A stretch of 64,000 nucleotides of DNA from the human T2T-CHM13v2.0 reference genome, Homo sapiens (GCF_009914755.1 NC_060939.1), one strand, 5' to 3'; shown: positions 42,884 through 56,044, counted from the stretch's first letter. The notes: generated from the sequence alone by a model not told the origin. Made by a program: numbers and translations.

Positions 42884-43136
42884 CAAACAAAATGCTTCTA
42901 CTTGCCTCTCACCCCTTTACGTAGGACAGCCTTGACCTGAGGTGAACTCTAGAGATTTCGAACCCTTGCTCATTCAGCAAAATGCCAGCAATTCCAGGAA
43001 TAAGATATCAGGAATGAAGCTACAGCGATGAGCATTTCTATCCTAAATACTGTTTCACTTAACCAGGCCATTCTCTGTCCTTTATGGCAGTCTGGTGAAT
43101 AGTGAGAATGTGTCAATGGAATATAAAGTATCTAAG

Positions 43137-43507
<371 letters not shown>

Positions 43508-43557
43508 CTATCAAAACTGAAATTTTGATACATTTGAAAATTGTTTTTCTTTGCAAG

Positions 43558-43835
43558 ATTCTTCCTTTATACCCCTGGGACACATGCTCACCCAAAAAAT
43601 AGCCTACCAGATCGCCTCGGGCCTGGCCTACCTGCACAAGAAAAACATCATCTTCTGTGACCTGAAGTCGGACAACATTCTGGTGTGGTCCCTTGACGTC
43701 AAGGAGCACATCAACATCAAGCTATCTGACTACGGGATTTCGAGGCAGTCATTCCATGAGGGCGCCCTAGGCGTGGAGGGCACTCCTGGCTACCAGGCCC
43801 CAGAGATCAGGCCTCGCATTGTATATGATGAGAAG
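43558..43835 (+). CDS. LRRK1: LRRK1 exon (kinase catalytic loop [20 protein letters not shown])
   Basis: tgcaag| acceptor, |gtacgt donor, 278 nt. Confidence 0.97.
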
Positions 43836-45021
43836 GTACGTGCCTGGATCCCCTGGCCCAGCCCCACAGTGTAGGAGCCCAGCCCTCAGGCTAGCCGGGC
43901 AGTCCTGGAGGCACCTGAAGCTTCGGGGCTCAGCATCCCCAAAAGCACATTTTTCTCACTCTCCCTTGCTCAATGAGGGAGGTTCTGGCTTGAACCAGAA
44001 GGGTGCAGGGGCCTGTGTCTGTCTGCTTGTAGCAAGGTTGACTTCTCCTTAGCATCAGCCTTCTCAGACCTTGATTCAGTAACATTGTAGAGGCTGTAAA
44101 CAGCAGATGAAGAGTCCAAGAGAGAAACAGGTCTGGATTTGGGCTCCAACTCACATTTAGATGTCCACAGTGAGGACACAGGACCAGCCTTGCAGGGCAC
44201 TCAGGAGGAGCAGACAGAATAAGGACGGTAAAGACCCTTGGCCTTAAGTCCCGGCCACAGGGTGCTGGCCAAGTTGAATGCCAAACCAGGAGAAGAGTGA
44301 AAGAACAAGCTGGCATCCCCTGGCAACTGCACTGCCAGCCTCAGTTGAGACAATGACTAAATGTTGATCTTCTGATAACATTTATCCCTGATGGCTACTT
44401 GGTAGATGCAGGCACACACACAACTTGAAGTCATCTTACCACGCATGTATTACATCTAGTGCCAGCCTTGTTAATTGATCACCCAGCATTAAAATTCCCT
44501 TGTCTATAATTTCTTATTATCTGGTGATTCTACAGATGGTCATTGACTAATTCCTGTAGGAATGACCTGTGCATGTATGGATTAGCTCAGCACCTGTGGT
44601 TGTTGCCCATAGAAAAGGCAAATCAGAGCAACAAAAATAAGAGCTTCATAATAGTAGCTGACTTCAACAAGGAGGTCACCTTGAAACTCAGATTATCATG
44701 GAAACATTCACATTAAAAATTCTCAAGTCTATCTATCTCAGTCATTCTCCTGCTAAAATGTTATTTCTTGACCCTTATAGGGGTCTGTATAAATTTTTCC
44801 TTGCTGGACCTTTTTGATTATGAAAATTAGAGGAGACAACATGTTGTGATCCAGGAGACGCTCCTTTTTTTATGAGTTGCAATACATAACACTTTTAGTA
44901 CCAAGCACATTAAGCTGAGGGTGTGTGTTTTCCTGCCTTGTCTTGGTACTCAAGAATAAGGACCATGACATCCTTGGAGTCCTTAATCAGTGACTAACAG
45001 CAAGTTCTCAGTGTGTTTTAT

Positions 45022-45330
45022 TGGATGGAAGGATGGATCGATGGATAGATGGATGGATGGGACAATGGGCAAATGGACAATATGGTGGGAAGTCAGATGG
45101 ATGGGTGGATGGAAAAGAGGAAGGATAGGAAGACAGATGGATAAATGTGCAGGACAGGTGGTCGGATGGATAGATGGATGGACAGATGAGAAGAATGGAT
45201 AAATGTACAGGAAGACAAGCAAATGGATGGATGGGTGGATGGATGGATGGAAAGAAGGAAGGGTGAGAAAATGGATAGATAAATGGATAGAAGAGAAAGT
45301 GGTCAGATAGGTGGATGGATAAATGGATAG
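45022..45330. repeat. Degenerate (GGAT)n/(ATGG)n simple repeat
   Basis: Seen directly; it explains the HPSI-rich spurious ORF 44983..45528. Confidence 0.9.
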
Positions 45331-45467
45331 AGGGACATGGTCAGGTGGTTTGTTGAATGTTTGTTTTCCTTGTCTAATTGTGTCTCCCTGGTCCCTCCAC
45401 CTGAGGGCCACCTTGTGAAGGCCACTGGGCCCAGGCAGCGACCTGACTTGGCTTGTTCTGTGCCCAG

Positions 45468-45662
45468 GTAGATATGTTCTCCTATGGAATGGTGCTCTAC
45501 GAGTTGCTGTCAGGACAGCGCCCTGCACTGGGCCACCACCAGCTCCAGATTGCCAAGAAGCTGTCCAAGGGCATCCGCCCGGTTCTGGGGCAGCCGGAGG
45601 AAGTGCAGTTCCGGCGACTGCAGGCGCTCATGATGGAGTGCTGGGACACTAAGCCAGAGAAG
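45468..45662 (+). CDS. LRRK1: LRRK1 exon (kinase C-lobe; [14 protein letters not shown]...[10 protein letters not shown])
   Basis: gcccag| acceptor, |gtactt donor, 195 nt. Confidence 0.97.
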
Positions 45663-46179
45663 GTACTTGGGGGCACAGAGCCCAGGGCCTGGGACCTCCT
45701 GCCATGTGAGGAAGCTGTGGGTCCCCAGGGGGTGTGTGCCTGGCTGCCCAACCATCACCATTGGCAACCCTTCTCTGCTCATTTCTTCTAGAGGGTGATG
45801 TTTGCTGCTCCTAACATACCTACTTTCATTGTCTTTGTGTGTGCGTGTCACTCTTACGAAACAAACTTCCTTTTCCTCCCCGACTTTTGTGTTACTTCAC
45901 CGTGCAAACAAAGTATATAAACCCCTTTATAACAATACAGTCCCTATGCAAGAACAGAGAGAATGTGGGTGTCTCTTTGTAAAGTGATGGGGAAAAGGTT
46001 TCGTTGTGAGAATCAGGGATCATATTACAGTGTTCAGGCTAGTTTTTTGACGGTGGTGTTTTTGTGTTTTTGGAAGAGGCTAGTGGTTTCAAAGTTAAAA
46101 CTCATTTATTAAATCAGACAGAGCTAGTTTAATGTATGGGGAGTAAACAGGGTATTCTTTAGAAGAACGCATGTCCTTA

Positions 46180-46330
46180 TCTGGGCATGGTGACATGGAC
46201 TTATAGTCCCAGCCACTGGGGAGGCTGAGGCAGGAGGATCACTTGAGCCCAGGAGTTTTAGGCTATGGTGCGCCCTGATCGCACCTGTGAGTAGGTTCTG
46301 CACTCCAGCTTGGGCAATATAGTGAGATGA
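46180..46330 (+). mobile_element. FRAM/Alu monomer
   Basis: ctgggcatggtg...gaggctgaggcaggaggatcacttgagcccaggag. Confidence 0.75.
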
Positions 46331-46601
46331 AGAGTGTATGTCCTTGGGCCTGGGTTGGAATACCCAGGGTTCAGCTAACCTGACCAGATGAGCTTAAATT
46401 GCCGTAGCCAAAGGTGACCCAGATACCTGGATGGGTTTGCTCCTGACGTCTGAAGCTGTTTCAGCCTCTTGTTTGGATCTAGTCTGAATGAACAGAATCC
46501 CTCATTCCTCCCTGGTTGGGGCTGGCTGATCTCATGGGCAGAACGGGCACCAATCCGGTTGTAAGTGACCTTGCTCTCTTCTGGTGGCTTCTCTCCCTCA
46601 G

Positions 46602-46753
46602 CGACCGCTGGCCCTGTCGGTGGTGAGCCAGATGAAGGACCCGACTTTTGCCACCTTCATGTATGAACTGTGCTGTGGGAAGCAGACAGCCTTCTTCTCA
46701 TCCCAGGGCCAGGAGTACACCGTGGTGTTTTGGGATGGAAAAGAGGAGTCCAG
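46602..46753 (+). CDS. LRRK1: LRRK1 exon (kinase end/WD40 start; [11 protein letters not shown]...DGKEES)
   Basis: cctcag| acceptor, |gtaagc donor, 152 nt. Confidence 0.95.
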
Positions 46754-47011
46754 GTAAGCTCCTGCGGGCTGCCCTGCCCCCTTTGTATTTGGGGTGGGAG
46801 GCCGCCGTGGAATCTGGGAACACAGTCGATGTTGACCACAGTGAGAATTATTTAGCAGACGGTAGGGTCCAGAACCTGGTTAGACTGCACTCAAGAAAGA
46901 GCAGGGAGAGCAGAAGAAAGTCCACACAGAGAGACGTGCATGTATGGTTTTGTGGTTAAGAGATGCCAAAAATGGGTAGTATCTGCCAGGGTGTCTGGGG
47001 ACGTGAGGGCA

Positions 47012-47130
47012 CTGTGGCATGTGCCTACAGTCCTAGCCACTCCAGAGGCTGAGGCAGGAGAATCACCTGAGCCCAGGAGTTCAAGTTTAGCCTGAACAAC
47101 ATAGCAAGACCCCATCTTTTAAAAAATTAG
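47012..47130 (+). mobile_element. FLAM/Alu monomer
   Basis: gaggctgaggcaggagaatcacctgagcccaggagttcaag...atagcaagaccccatct. Confidence 0.75.
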
Positions 47131-47723
47131 AAAATTTAAAACATTTTTAAAAACGAAATGAGGCCTGTCGGCCTGGTTATGTGACTTTCTCAAGCATGTT
47201 CTGCTGCCCCAGATTGCAGAAGGGGCAACGGGGGGGGGGGGGCGTCTAAACAGAGTTGGGGTTTTGCCAAAGGGAGAGAGGGGCAGAGGCATTGGGGTGT
47301 TTTCAAGGGAGTGATACAGAGATGGACCAAGGAACCTAAGTGAGGCCACAAATTCAGGGAGCACAATGCAAAGTACTAAAGGATCCTAGGTATTGCCAGA
47401 GTTAAAAAAAAAACTCAAGAGTTATGGTTTCAGGTGGGATGAGCCGAAAAACTAGGAGGCGGTGGTCGGACAAGACGTGCTTGCCGTGGGGTGGGTGGGA
47501 GGCGCACAGTCGGTAGTAAAGACGGCATCTGGAGTGTGACCTTTGGGGAGGATGCCTGGGGTAGAGTGAGGAATGAGCTTGAGACATAATAAGATAAACG
47601 GAACAGACTTCGCAGTTTCTCTTAGGTCAGTCTTTGTGAGTTTGCGTCAGGTTTTATGCCACTCGGACTGAGGGTTGTGACACAGACGTACTCTAAGAAA
47701 TGATGCTGTAAGGAAGTTTTTCT

Positions 47724-48022
47724 GACCAGGCCTTGTGGCTCATGCCTGTAACCCCAGCACTTTAGGAGGCTGAGGCAGGTGGATCTTTTGAGTTCAGGAG
47801 TTTGAGACCAGTCTAGGAAACATGGTGAAACTTTGTCTCTACAAAAATAAATAAATAACAAAAATTAGCTGGGAATGGTGGCGAGCACCTGTAGTCCCTG
47901 CTACTCAGGAGGCTGAGGCAGGAGGATTACTTGAACCCAGGAGTTTGCCACTGCAGTGGGTGGTGATTGTGCCACTGCACTCCAGCCTGGGTGACAGAGT
48001 GAGACCCTGCCTCAGAAAAAAA
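47724..48022 (+). mobile_element. AluJ-like
   Basis: Full two-arm Alu. Confidence 0.9.
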
Positions 48023-49786
48023 GAGAAGTTATTCCAAAACACAGCGATGGAGCACGCCTTCCTGATGGGATGTACTCTAAGGACAAAACAAAAAGCAAAC
48101 ATATTAATTAAACAGGTTTCAGTAATTATATTGTTGGCAGCACTGTTATGATTGTTACTCTAAGATGCTGCTTGTGGTTGTGGAGTCAGTTAATGAGTAA
48201 TTATGTTGCTGTTGCTGGAAACATGAGCTAAAGGGGAAAGAGATGTAAAGTCGGGTAAGTAAAAGCCTGCAGTTCTGAATTGATTGGATAGACTCGTGAC
48301 ATAGTTGAAAAATAAACACAAATATCTCAGTTCTGCTCACTGAAAAGGCCTAAAAACAAGGACCAACCAAATGCCAATATGCACCCCTAGGACCCAGACT
48401 GTGGTCTCTAAGTACCAAAGTGAACCAGGGCTCATCAGAATCATGGCAGAGTCCAGGTCCGGGGCAGGGAGTGCACCTGGAACATCTGCCACCCTAGAAG
48501 CAAGGACATCGTCAGACTTCTGAGGGTGAATTGGAGGACCTTGGGCCAGACTGGTCCTGGGAGGCTGGGCCGGGCCCTGCCCTGCTGGCCTAGAGACACA
48601 CACGCGGCAGGTACCTGAGACAGTTCCGCTCAGGGCTCTGAAGACTCATCCCAGAGGGAAGACAGAGGCCTCTTCCTGTGACCTGTGAAGGTTCTTTAAA
48701 ACTCACTGCGGCCTGAAGAGAGACTCACTCACAGGAAGGGAGGAGGGGGCTGGCTGGGAGCACACGGGCAGCCAAGCAGGGGAGCCAGGATGGAACCGGA
48801 CTTGACTTGAGATCTGTCTGAGAATTAAGGAAGGAAAGGAGGCAGGAGAGGCAGGGCAGACGAGCAGGTAAACAGGATACGCCTAGGACACAATTCCAGT
48901 TGCAGGGAACAGGGGCAATTATTCTTTATGACTCTCTATATTTTTAACTGTTTGTTTTCAAAGTAAAAGCTATTCAAATATCTTAGTTTTGTTTTTCTGA
49001 TGCATAAAAAAATGATGGGAAAAGGAGACAAATACACCTGAAGGAAGTTTTTGTTTGCTGTATTTTCTACCATTTCTATCATCTGCAAATACGTTATCAG
49101 TCAACAGCTTTTTAAAATTTGGTGGCAGGAGAAACTTTATATTGAGAACTGCTATCCGCGAGCTTAACATATTCTCTTGAGTCTGAGGGACAGAGCTGCG
49201 TGATGCGGGGTACATAACTTCCCAGCCCCATCAGCTTCAGCCTCCTCTGCCATGCAGTGAGTGCTCAGGATGCCCGCCACAGCCTGAGGGGAGGCAGCGA
49301 TGCCGGGGACAGCCGGCCTGGTGAGCCAAGGCTCTCGCAAATGACAAGCCATTAGTTCTCAGAGCACTCGTGCTGGGAGCACATTTTGAGTGCCCCCCCG
49401 CCCCAACCCAATCTCCTCTGGAATTCTCCCAACTTGTCTTTAGCCCTGGCTTTGTCTACTCTACAGTGAGGAGCTCCCCGCATAACAGGGGCGGGCAGGA
49501 TATGGCCGGCGGGAGGGCCCCTCCTTCGTACTGGGGGCAACCGTCTCAACCCTGAGGGGTCACGGAAAGAGGACAGCCTTTCTTCTCTGGCGAATGCCCT
49601 TCCTGCGGGCGACGGTCAAGCATTACCCTTCGGGCAGAACCCGGCTCTGCCCTCTCAGAACACAGGATGCAACCCTGGGTGGGAGCAGGGGAGGTAGACG
49701 AGGCTCGCAGCTGGCAGGCCAGGCTCAGGGAAAGGAGGCAGCCCCTGGCCCCCGGGCACTGACAGCACAGTTTCTGCCACTTACAG

Positions 49787-49904
49787 GAACTACACGGTGG
49801 TGAACACAGAGAAGGGCCTCATGGAGGTGCAGAGGATGTGCTGCCCTGGGATGAAGGTGAGCTGCCAGCTCCAGGTCCAGAGATCCCTGTGGACAGCCAC
49901 CGAG
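49787..49904 (+). CDS. LRRK1: LRRK1 exon (WD40; [10 protein letters not shown]...SLWTATE)
   Basis: ttacag| acceptor, |gtaagc donor, 118 nt; this donor keeps frame with the next exon. Confidence 0.94.
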
Positions 49905-50344
49905 GTAAGCACTGCCCGCAGGCCTGCCCACCGAGGTAAGCACTGCCCACTGGGTGCAGCCCTGGGTGGGGGCCACATTCATAAAAATACAGGACGCCAG
50001 GTCAAGTGAACTTTCAGATAACCCCCAGCGCATCCCCGTGCAGTCCCCAAGTAATGCCAGGAGCCCCGAGAAGTAGCAGCCTGTCACCAGGGGCAGCTCA
50101 ACCCTGCCTGCTGCTGGCTGGAGGCCGGGATTTGCGATGGTGAGGACCAGATGTAGACCCTCAGCAGGAGACGAGACCCAGGAGGCTAGGGACGTGCCTG
50201 TGTTTCCCATAACACTGCTAGTCACTCAGCTCTGAAGGCCTCTTGCCTTCACATCAGGGAAATCAGGGAAGTCACTAGAAGGCCCAAGGAGGGGTCTTCT
50301 GAGAAGTCCCGAGACAACTGGCCAAACACAAATGTTCTGAGGCA

Positions 50345-50652
<308 letters not shown>

Positions 50653-50703
50653 TTAGCCGAAGTAGGTGCAGCCCAGTCCCAGGCATCCAAGAGATGCTCC
50701 CAC

Positions 50704-50847
50704 AACATTTCCTCCTAGAATGGGCGAGAGCAAGGGCTCTGCCTAAAGCGTGCTGTTGCATGGGAAGAACAGTGAACATTTCCTCCTAGAGTGAGGAAAG
50801 CAAGGGCTCTGCCTAAAGCATGCTGTCTCACATGGGAAGAACAGTGA
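50704..50847. repeat. 71-bp tandem duplication
   Basis: aacatttcctcctaga...catgggaagaacagtga occurs twice (50704, 50775). Confidence 0.9.
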
Positions 50848-51189
50848 GAAGACAGCATTGCGGCGTGAGTCCACTTTGCCAGTACCAGGTGCACACACAA
50901 ATACCACAGAGAACTTCTGAGAGGCTGTGCCCCCAGATCCCAATGTTGGTTTTCTCTGGGGAATAGATTACGGGCTATTTTCTGTTTCCTCTTTAGACTA
51001 GTCTGTCTTTTTCAACGTTTCTACAAAGAGCAGAAATCCATAAACAACCCACCAGAACGTGTCAATCCATGTAACTTTCCAAGACCCATAGGGGATCCCC
51101 AAGTCCAAGTGCATCCTCATGGGAATGGCTTGGGAAATGCCAGACACTTTCCAGCCTGGGTCTCACAGTGGACCTGTCTGCCTCTGCAG

Positions 51190-51306
51190 GACCAGAAAAT
51201 CTACATCTACACCCTCAAGGGCATGTGCCCCTTAAACACACCCCAACAGGCCTTGGATACTCCAGCTGTCGTCACCTGCTTCTTGGCCGTGCCTGTTATT
51301 AAAAAG
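51190..51306 (+). CDS. LRRK1: LRRK1 exon (WD40; [11 protein letters not shown]...VPVIKK)
   Basis: ctgcag| acceptor, |gtgagg donor, 117 nt. Confidence 0.95.
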
Positions 51307-53110
51307 GTGAGGTCGGGGCAAAGGCAGGTATGCAGGTCTCTGATGCACTTCCACGCCTAGGAGGCGTCTCCTAGCTATGTCAGGGTGGCGCCTGCAGAGC
51401 CACACCTAGGACCACCTGGCCTAGGACGTAGACTTAGAGACGGTGGGAGGAAAGATATCAGACCTGGTCCGTCATTAGTGCCTTCCGGTTTGCAAAAACC
51501 TAAGTCAAGTCCCCAGCCAGACTGCAGGCCGAATGAAAAACCCCCTTTCACATGCAAATGCCCTGACTCAGGTGGAAGGACTGTTGGTACAAATGGCACG
51601 GTGAGCAGTCATGCGTGTGCCCTTCCCCTATCCGGAGCCTCTTCCCCACCTGCCCAGGCCAGAGCCACCTCACAGCCACTTGATCACCAGGTCCTGGAGG
51701 TCCTGATCTCCCTCCCTCCATCTCTGCCTCCCGCCAAGTACTCGCCGTCTTACACCAGACGCAGTTTCTCTTTGTGCAGCATAGCCCTGCAGACTCAGCT
51801 CTTTAACCTCCTAGCCCTGGCCTTTCTAAATGAGACCCCAAGGGGCACTCTCCCCATTAAAGGCCCAGCCAGCTGTGCTGCACCTTGGGATTAGCCCCAG
51901 CCTCTATGAGGCTGGCCTCCAGTCCCTGCTGGGCCCGGCACCCTCCCCACAAAGCACCCCACTCTGTGCTGGGCCCTTGACATCCCAGCCTCCTCCAGGA
52001 ACAGCCCCTCCACGCACCTCTTCCCAGACGGCCTCCGATTCAGTTCTCAAGACCCGGGGCCTTGTCCCCTCCTTTGAGAAGCTGCCCCTCAGTGGGGGGC
52101 AGCTCCCTGGCTTTTCCGGGCTCCTCCGCCCACAGGATTCAGGCACGGCTCAGCCAGCTCTGGTTTCATCCACCCTGAGGGGCCTGTCTGTGCATAGGCG
52201 CCCTCACTAAATGCACAAGAAGCCTTTACTGGTGTTGCTTTGTTAAAATGTGACTGTCATCATCCAATTCCAGTTTGCCCATCTACAAAACACAAAACAG
52301 GTATAAGAAGAGACAGAAGGCCTAGCATACCCAAAGGTCTAGGCCGGTGTGCTTGGTAAATGAGTATTATTATTACTTCTGGATGGTCGCAAAATACATG
52401 AACTCTTCTCTTCACCCTTCTTCAGTTTCATTTAAAAAAAAAAAAACAGGTATGAAATGAACCTTAGAGTCATTTATGACCATGGCCCCACAGCGAGGCT
52501 ACGCAGCTTGGGACCAGGCCCGTACCAGAGCGCAGGAGAACACGACACAAAGTGTTATTGAGGCCACCGCTGGCGAGAGCCCCCAGCCAGGGCACCACCT
52601 CCTGCACGACCAGAGGGAATAAAGCCTGCTCTGTGCAGGGCCTCCTGGGCAGGGTGTCTGCCCCCTCCAAGGCCGCCAGCGCGAAGCCTGCATTCTTGCA
52701 CGCGCACCCACGTTCACACCCAGCCGGGACGTGGCACTCACCGCCCTGGCCGGGGCCTGAGCCAGGACTGCAGATAGAGACCTGGAGCCTGTTTGCCTTG
52801 GCTGCCTTCTTTCCCTAAAGTCCTGGGGATGGATTTCGATACGCTTTCTTAGAGCATGTTGTCCTGGACAGTGAGCTACGGGTCTCCACTCCATTGCCCT
52901 GCACAGCCAGCCTCCTGAGCTCCCCCAGCTCCCCACAAGGAGGCTTTCTGCCCTGCCCCCTCACTGGCATGAGGCCCAGCTCCCTGCTCTGCCCTGACTC
53001 CAGCTTTGTTCTGCAGACCTCTTCCCACCCCCACCACAGCCGACGCGGTGTCTAGGCTGCGGAGCTGCACTCTGTTCCTGGCTCTGCCCTGGGAGGTGCC
53101 CCGGGGCGGT

Positions 53111-53267
53111 CTGGGGTGGGCCCAGCATTCAGCAAGGTCCCTGCAACTTTGGCCTCTGCCCGGTGACCTCTGGCGGGTGTAGAAGAGCTCATGCTTCATT
53201 GAGGGGGTGGGGGGCACCCTGAGGACCCTGTCAACGTCAGCTGAACCACAGGCATCTCGATAGATGT
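53111..53267 (+). repeat. 157-bp dispersed direct repeat, copy 1
   Basis: ~95% identical to 59734-59891. Confidence 0.95.
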
Positions 53268-53975
53268 AAGCTGGGATGAGGGCTCAGCAGGCTGAGGCAG
53301 GCCTCCAGAAGAGGGTTGAGTAGGAAGCGATTTCTTCCAGAATTAGTTCAGCAAACACATGTCATCCACTTGGAGCAGGAGCCAGGTGGAGTCACAGGGC
53401 CACCAAGATGAAGGAGACTGAGCCCTTCCCTGTGCCAGGCTAGTGCCACGGGGATGCTGGTGGGCTGGGAGCCCATCCTTATGGAACACTCTGCCTGGTG
53501 GGGGGGGGGTGGCAGGCAGGGGGCAGTGCACAGATGCTTGCCATGCCCCCACTGCTGTCATGTTAAGCAGCACCGAGAAAAGGGCGGGGGCACCAGGTCC
53601 TGCCTCTGAAGGAGGCCTTGGTGGCCTCAAGGAGAAGGCAGCTCCCTGCTGCTCGCCCTGCAAGAAGCTGGCAGAAGCAGAGGCAGCCCATGTGGTCCAG
53701 GTGACACGCAGCCTTACTTGGTGCCACAGGCCCTGCCTCTGGGTGGCACATTCCTTTCTTTGCTGCAGGGATGGTAGATATGGCTCTGCGGAGTCAGAGC
53801 TGCACTTCTTTAGGAGTAGCCCCGGCCTTTCTAAGAGATTTGCTGCCCTGAGGCGCACTGGTGGAAAGTGACTGCCCGCCTGGTGTGGGTGCAGATGAGT
53901 CCAGTGCCTACTCTGTGTCTCTCTTGGAATGTGTGAAATGGAAGGATGTGACACATCCCTGTCTCCTTCCTTCAG

Positions 53976-54829
53976 AATTCCTACCTGGTCTTAGCGGGCC
54001 TCGCCGATGGGCTTGTGGCTGTGTTTCCCGTGGTGCGGGGCACCCCAAAGGACAGCTGCTCCTACCTGTGCTCACACACAGCCAACAGGTCCAAGTTCAG
54101 CATCGCGGATGAAGACGCACGGCAGAACCCCTACCCAGTGAAGGCCATGGAGGTGGTCAACAGCGGCTCTGAGGTCTGGTACAGCAATGGGCCGGGCCTC
54201 CTTGTCATCGACTGTGCCTCCCTGGAGATCTGCAGGCGGCTGGAGCCCTACATGGCCCCCTCCATGGTTACGTCAGTCGTGTGCAGCTCTGAGGGCAGAG
54301 GGGAGGAGGTCGTCTGGTGCCTGGATGACAAGGCCAACTCCTTGGTGATGTACCACTCCACCACCTACCAGCTGTGTGCCCGGTACTTCTGCGGGGTCCC
54401 CAGCCCCCTCAGGGACATGTTTCCCGTGCGGCCCTTGGACACGGAACCCCCGGCAGCCAGCCACACGGCCAACCCAAAGGTGCCTGAGGGGGACTCCATC
54501 GCGGACGTGAGCATCATGTACAGTGAGGAGCTGGGCACGCAGATCCTGATCCACCAGGAATCACTCACTGACTACTGCTCCATGTCCTCCTACTCCTCAT
54601 CCCCACCCCGCCAGGCTGCCAGGTCCCCCTCAAGCCTCCCCAGCTCCCCAGCAAGTTCTTCCAGTGTGCCTTTCTCCACCGACTGCGAGGACTCAGACAT
54701 GCTACATACGCCCGGTGCTGCCTCCGACAGGTCTGAGCATGACCTGACCCCCATGGACGGGGAGACCTTCAGCCAGCACCTGCAGGCCGTGAAGATCCTC
54801 GCCGTCAGAGACCTCATTTGGGTCCCCAG
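53976..54829 (+). CDS. LRRK1: LRRK1 large exon (WD40 with Ser/Pro-rich insert)
   Basis: cttcag| acceptor, |gtacgt donor, 854 nt; overlaps the 375-aa ORF 54015..55142. Confidence 0.96.
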
Positions 54830-55263
54830 GTACGTTTCCCGAGGTGAGGGCACCATCCAGGGCACGCCCACTGCTCCTGCTCTGGGGACAGAGCAAGGGG
54901 AAGCCCCCTGGCTTCCTTACAGGTCATGTGGGGAGGCAGGTGCTGTTCTTCCAAGAGGGTTGGTTTCCTCCATTGGGAATGGAAGCGACCGCTTTAGCAA
55001 ATCTAAGAGTGGCCGCACAAAAGCTTATTGCCTGCCAGAGAGCTTAAGGTGCCACACAAGGAAAGCCACAGTCAACTGTGACTCAGTTTCCACTGAGAAA
55101 ATTCTCCTCTGCTTTGAAGTCTGTCCCCTCCCCATAACTTAATCCCTTAGCAGAAACTGCATGTCTGTTGCCTCCCTCCCGCACCTTTCTGCACACCGGC
55201 TTCACTCCCCGGAGAGCACGGCTACCGACAAATCGCTTCCCCTTCTGGGTTTTGGTTGCTTAG

Positions 55264-55365
55264 GCGCGGTGGAGATGTTATCGTCATTGGCCTGGAGAAG
55301 GATTCTGAAGCCCAGCGGGGCCGAGTCATTGCCGTCTTAAAAGCCCGAGAGCTGACTCCGCATGG
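55264..55365 (+). CDS. LRRK1: LRRK1 penultimate exon ([33 protein letters not shown])
   Basis: gcttag| acceptor, |gtaaga donor, 102 nt. Confidence 0.95.
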
Positions 55366-56044
55366 GTAAGACTGAGTGGCAGCTCCTTTAGGACCCAGGC
55401 AGCAGCATGAGCACAGAAGGCCCTGCAGCCAGGTCCTGCACAGTGGCTTTGCTGCCCTTCCATTCTCCCAAATAGCATAGCCACTAACGTGGCTGTAAGG
55501 CAAAGTGGAAACAAGATGGGGCCCCTCAGACAGCTCCTAGGGGCTCCGCACTGGCCATGGCTGCCTGTTTCTGGAGTACCCAGTGCACCTGTAGATCAAG
55601 TACCCTACCTAGTACCCTACCTAACGAATGTCTCCAGGGCCAGAGTTCAGCTGCAATCGACATGCAGATGCATCCAGGTCATTGATTCACTGTTCTTCCT
55701 GCCAAGCAGGAAACCCTACCCGAGGTGTCCACCAGCCCACACAGCACCCTATGGGGACAGATGACACAGGCACACCTTGTCATCTCCAAGCCTGGGGTCT
55801 CAGCTCCTGCCCTTCCTGGGCTGAGACATAGCTCAGTACCTGTCTGTGGGTGGGGACCCCCAGGATTATGCCAGTCTCCTCTGTGAAGGTATGCTGGGCA
55901 GGGTGGCCTGTCCGGGACATGGTCTACATGGCTGCAGTGATGTGAGGCTGGCGCCAGCTGCAGCTCCCCACAGTGTTTACACCCCGCACTTTGACTACCG
56001 AGCCCCACACGGTAAATCTCCCCTACGAAAAGTCCTCAGTTCAA

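Noticed and set aside
44983-45528. 181-aa His/Pro/Ser/Ile-rich ORF on the minus strand
   Set aside because: Translation of the (GGAT)n simple repeat.
54830-55142. 375-aa ORF continuing ~100 codons past the exon donor
   Set aside because: A canonical AG|gtacgt donor and phase match to the next exon explain it; I saw no nearby AATAAA supporting an alternative last exon.
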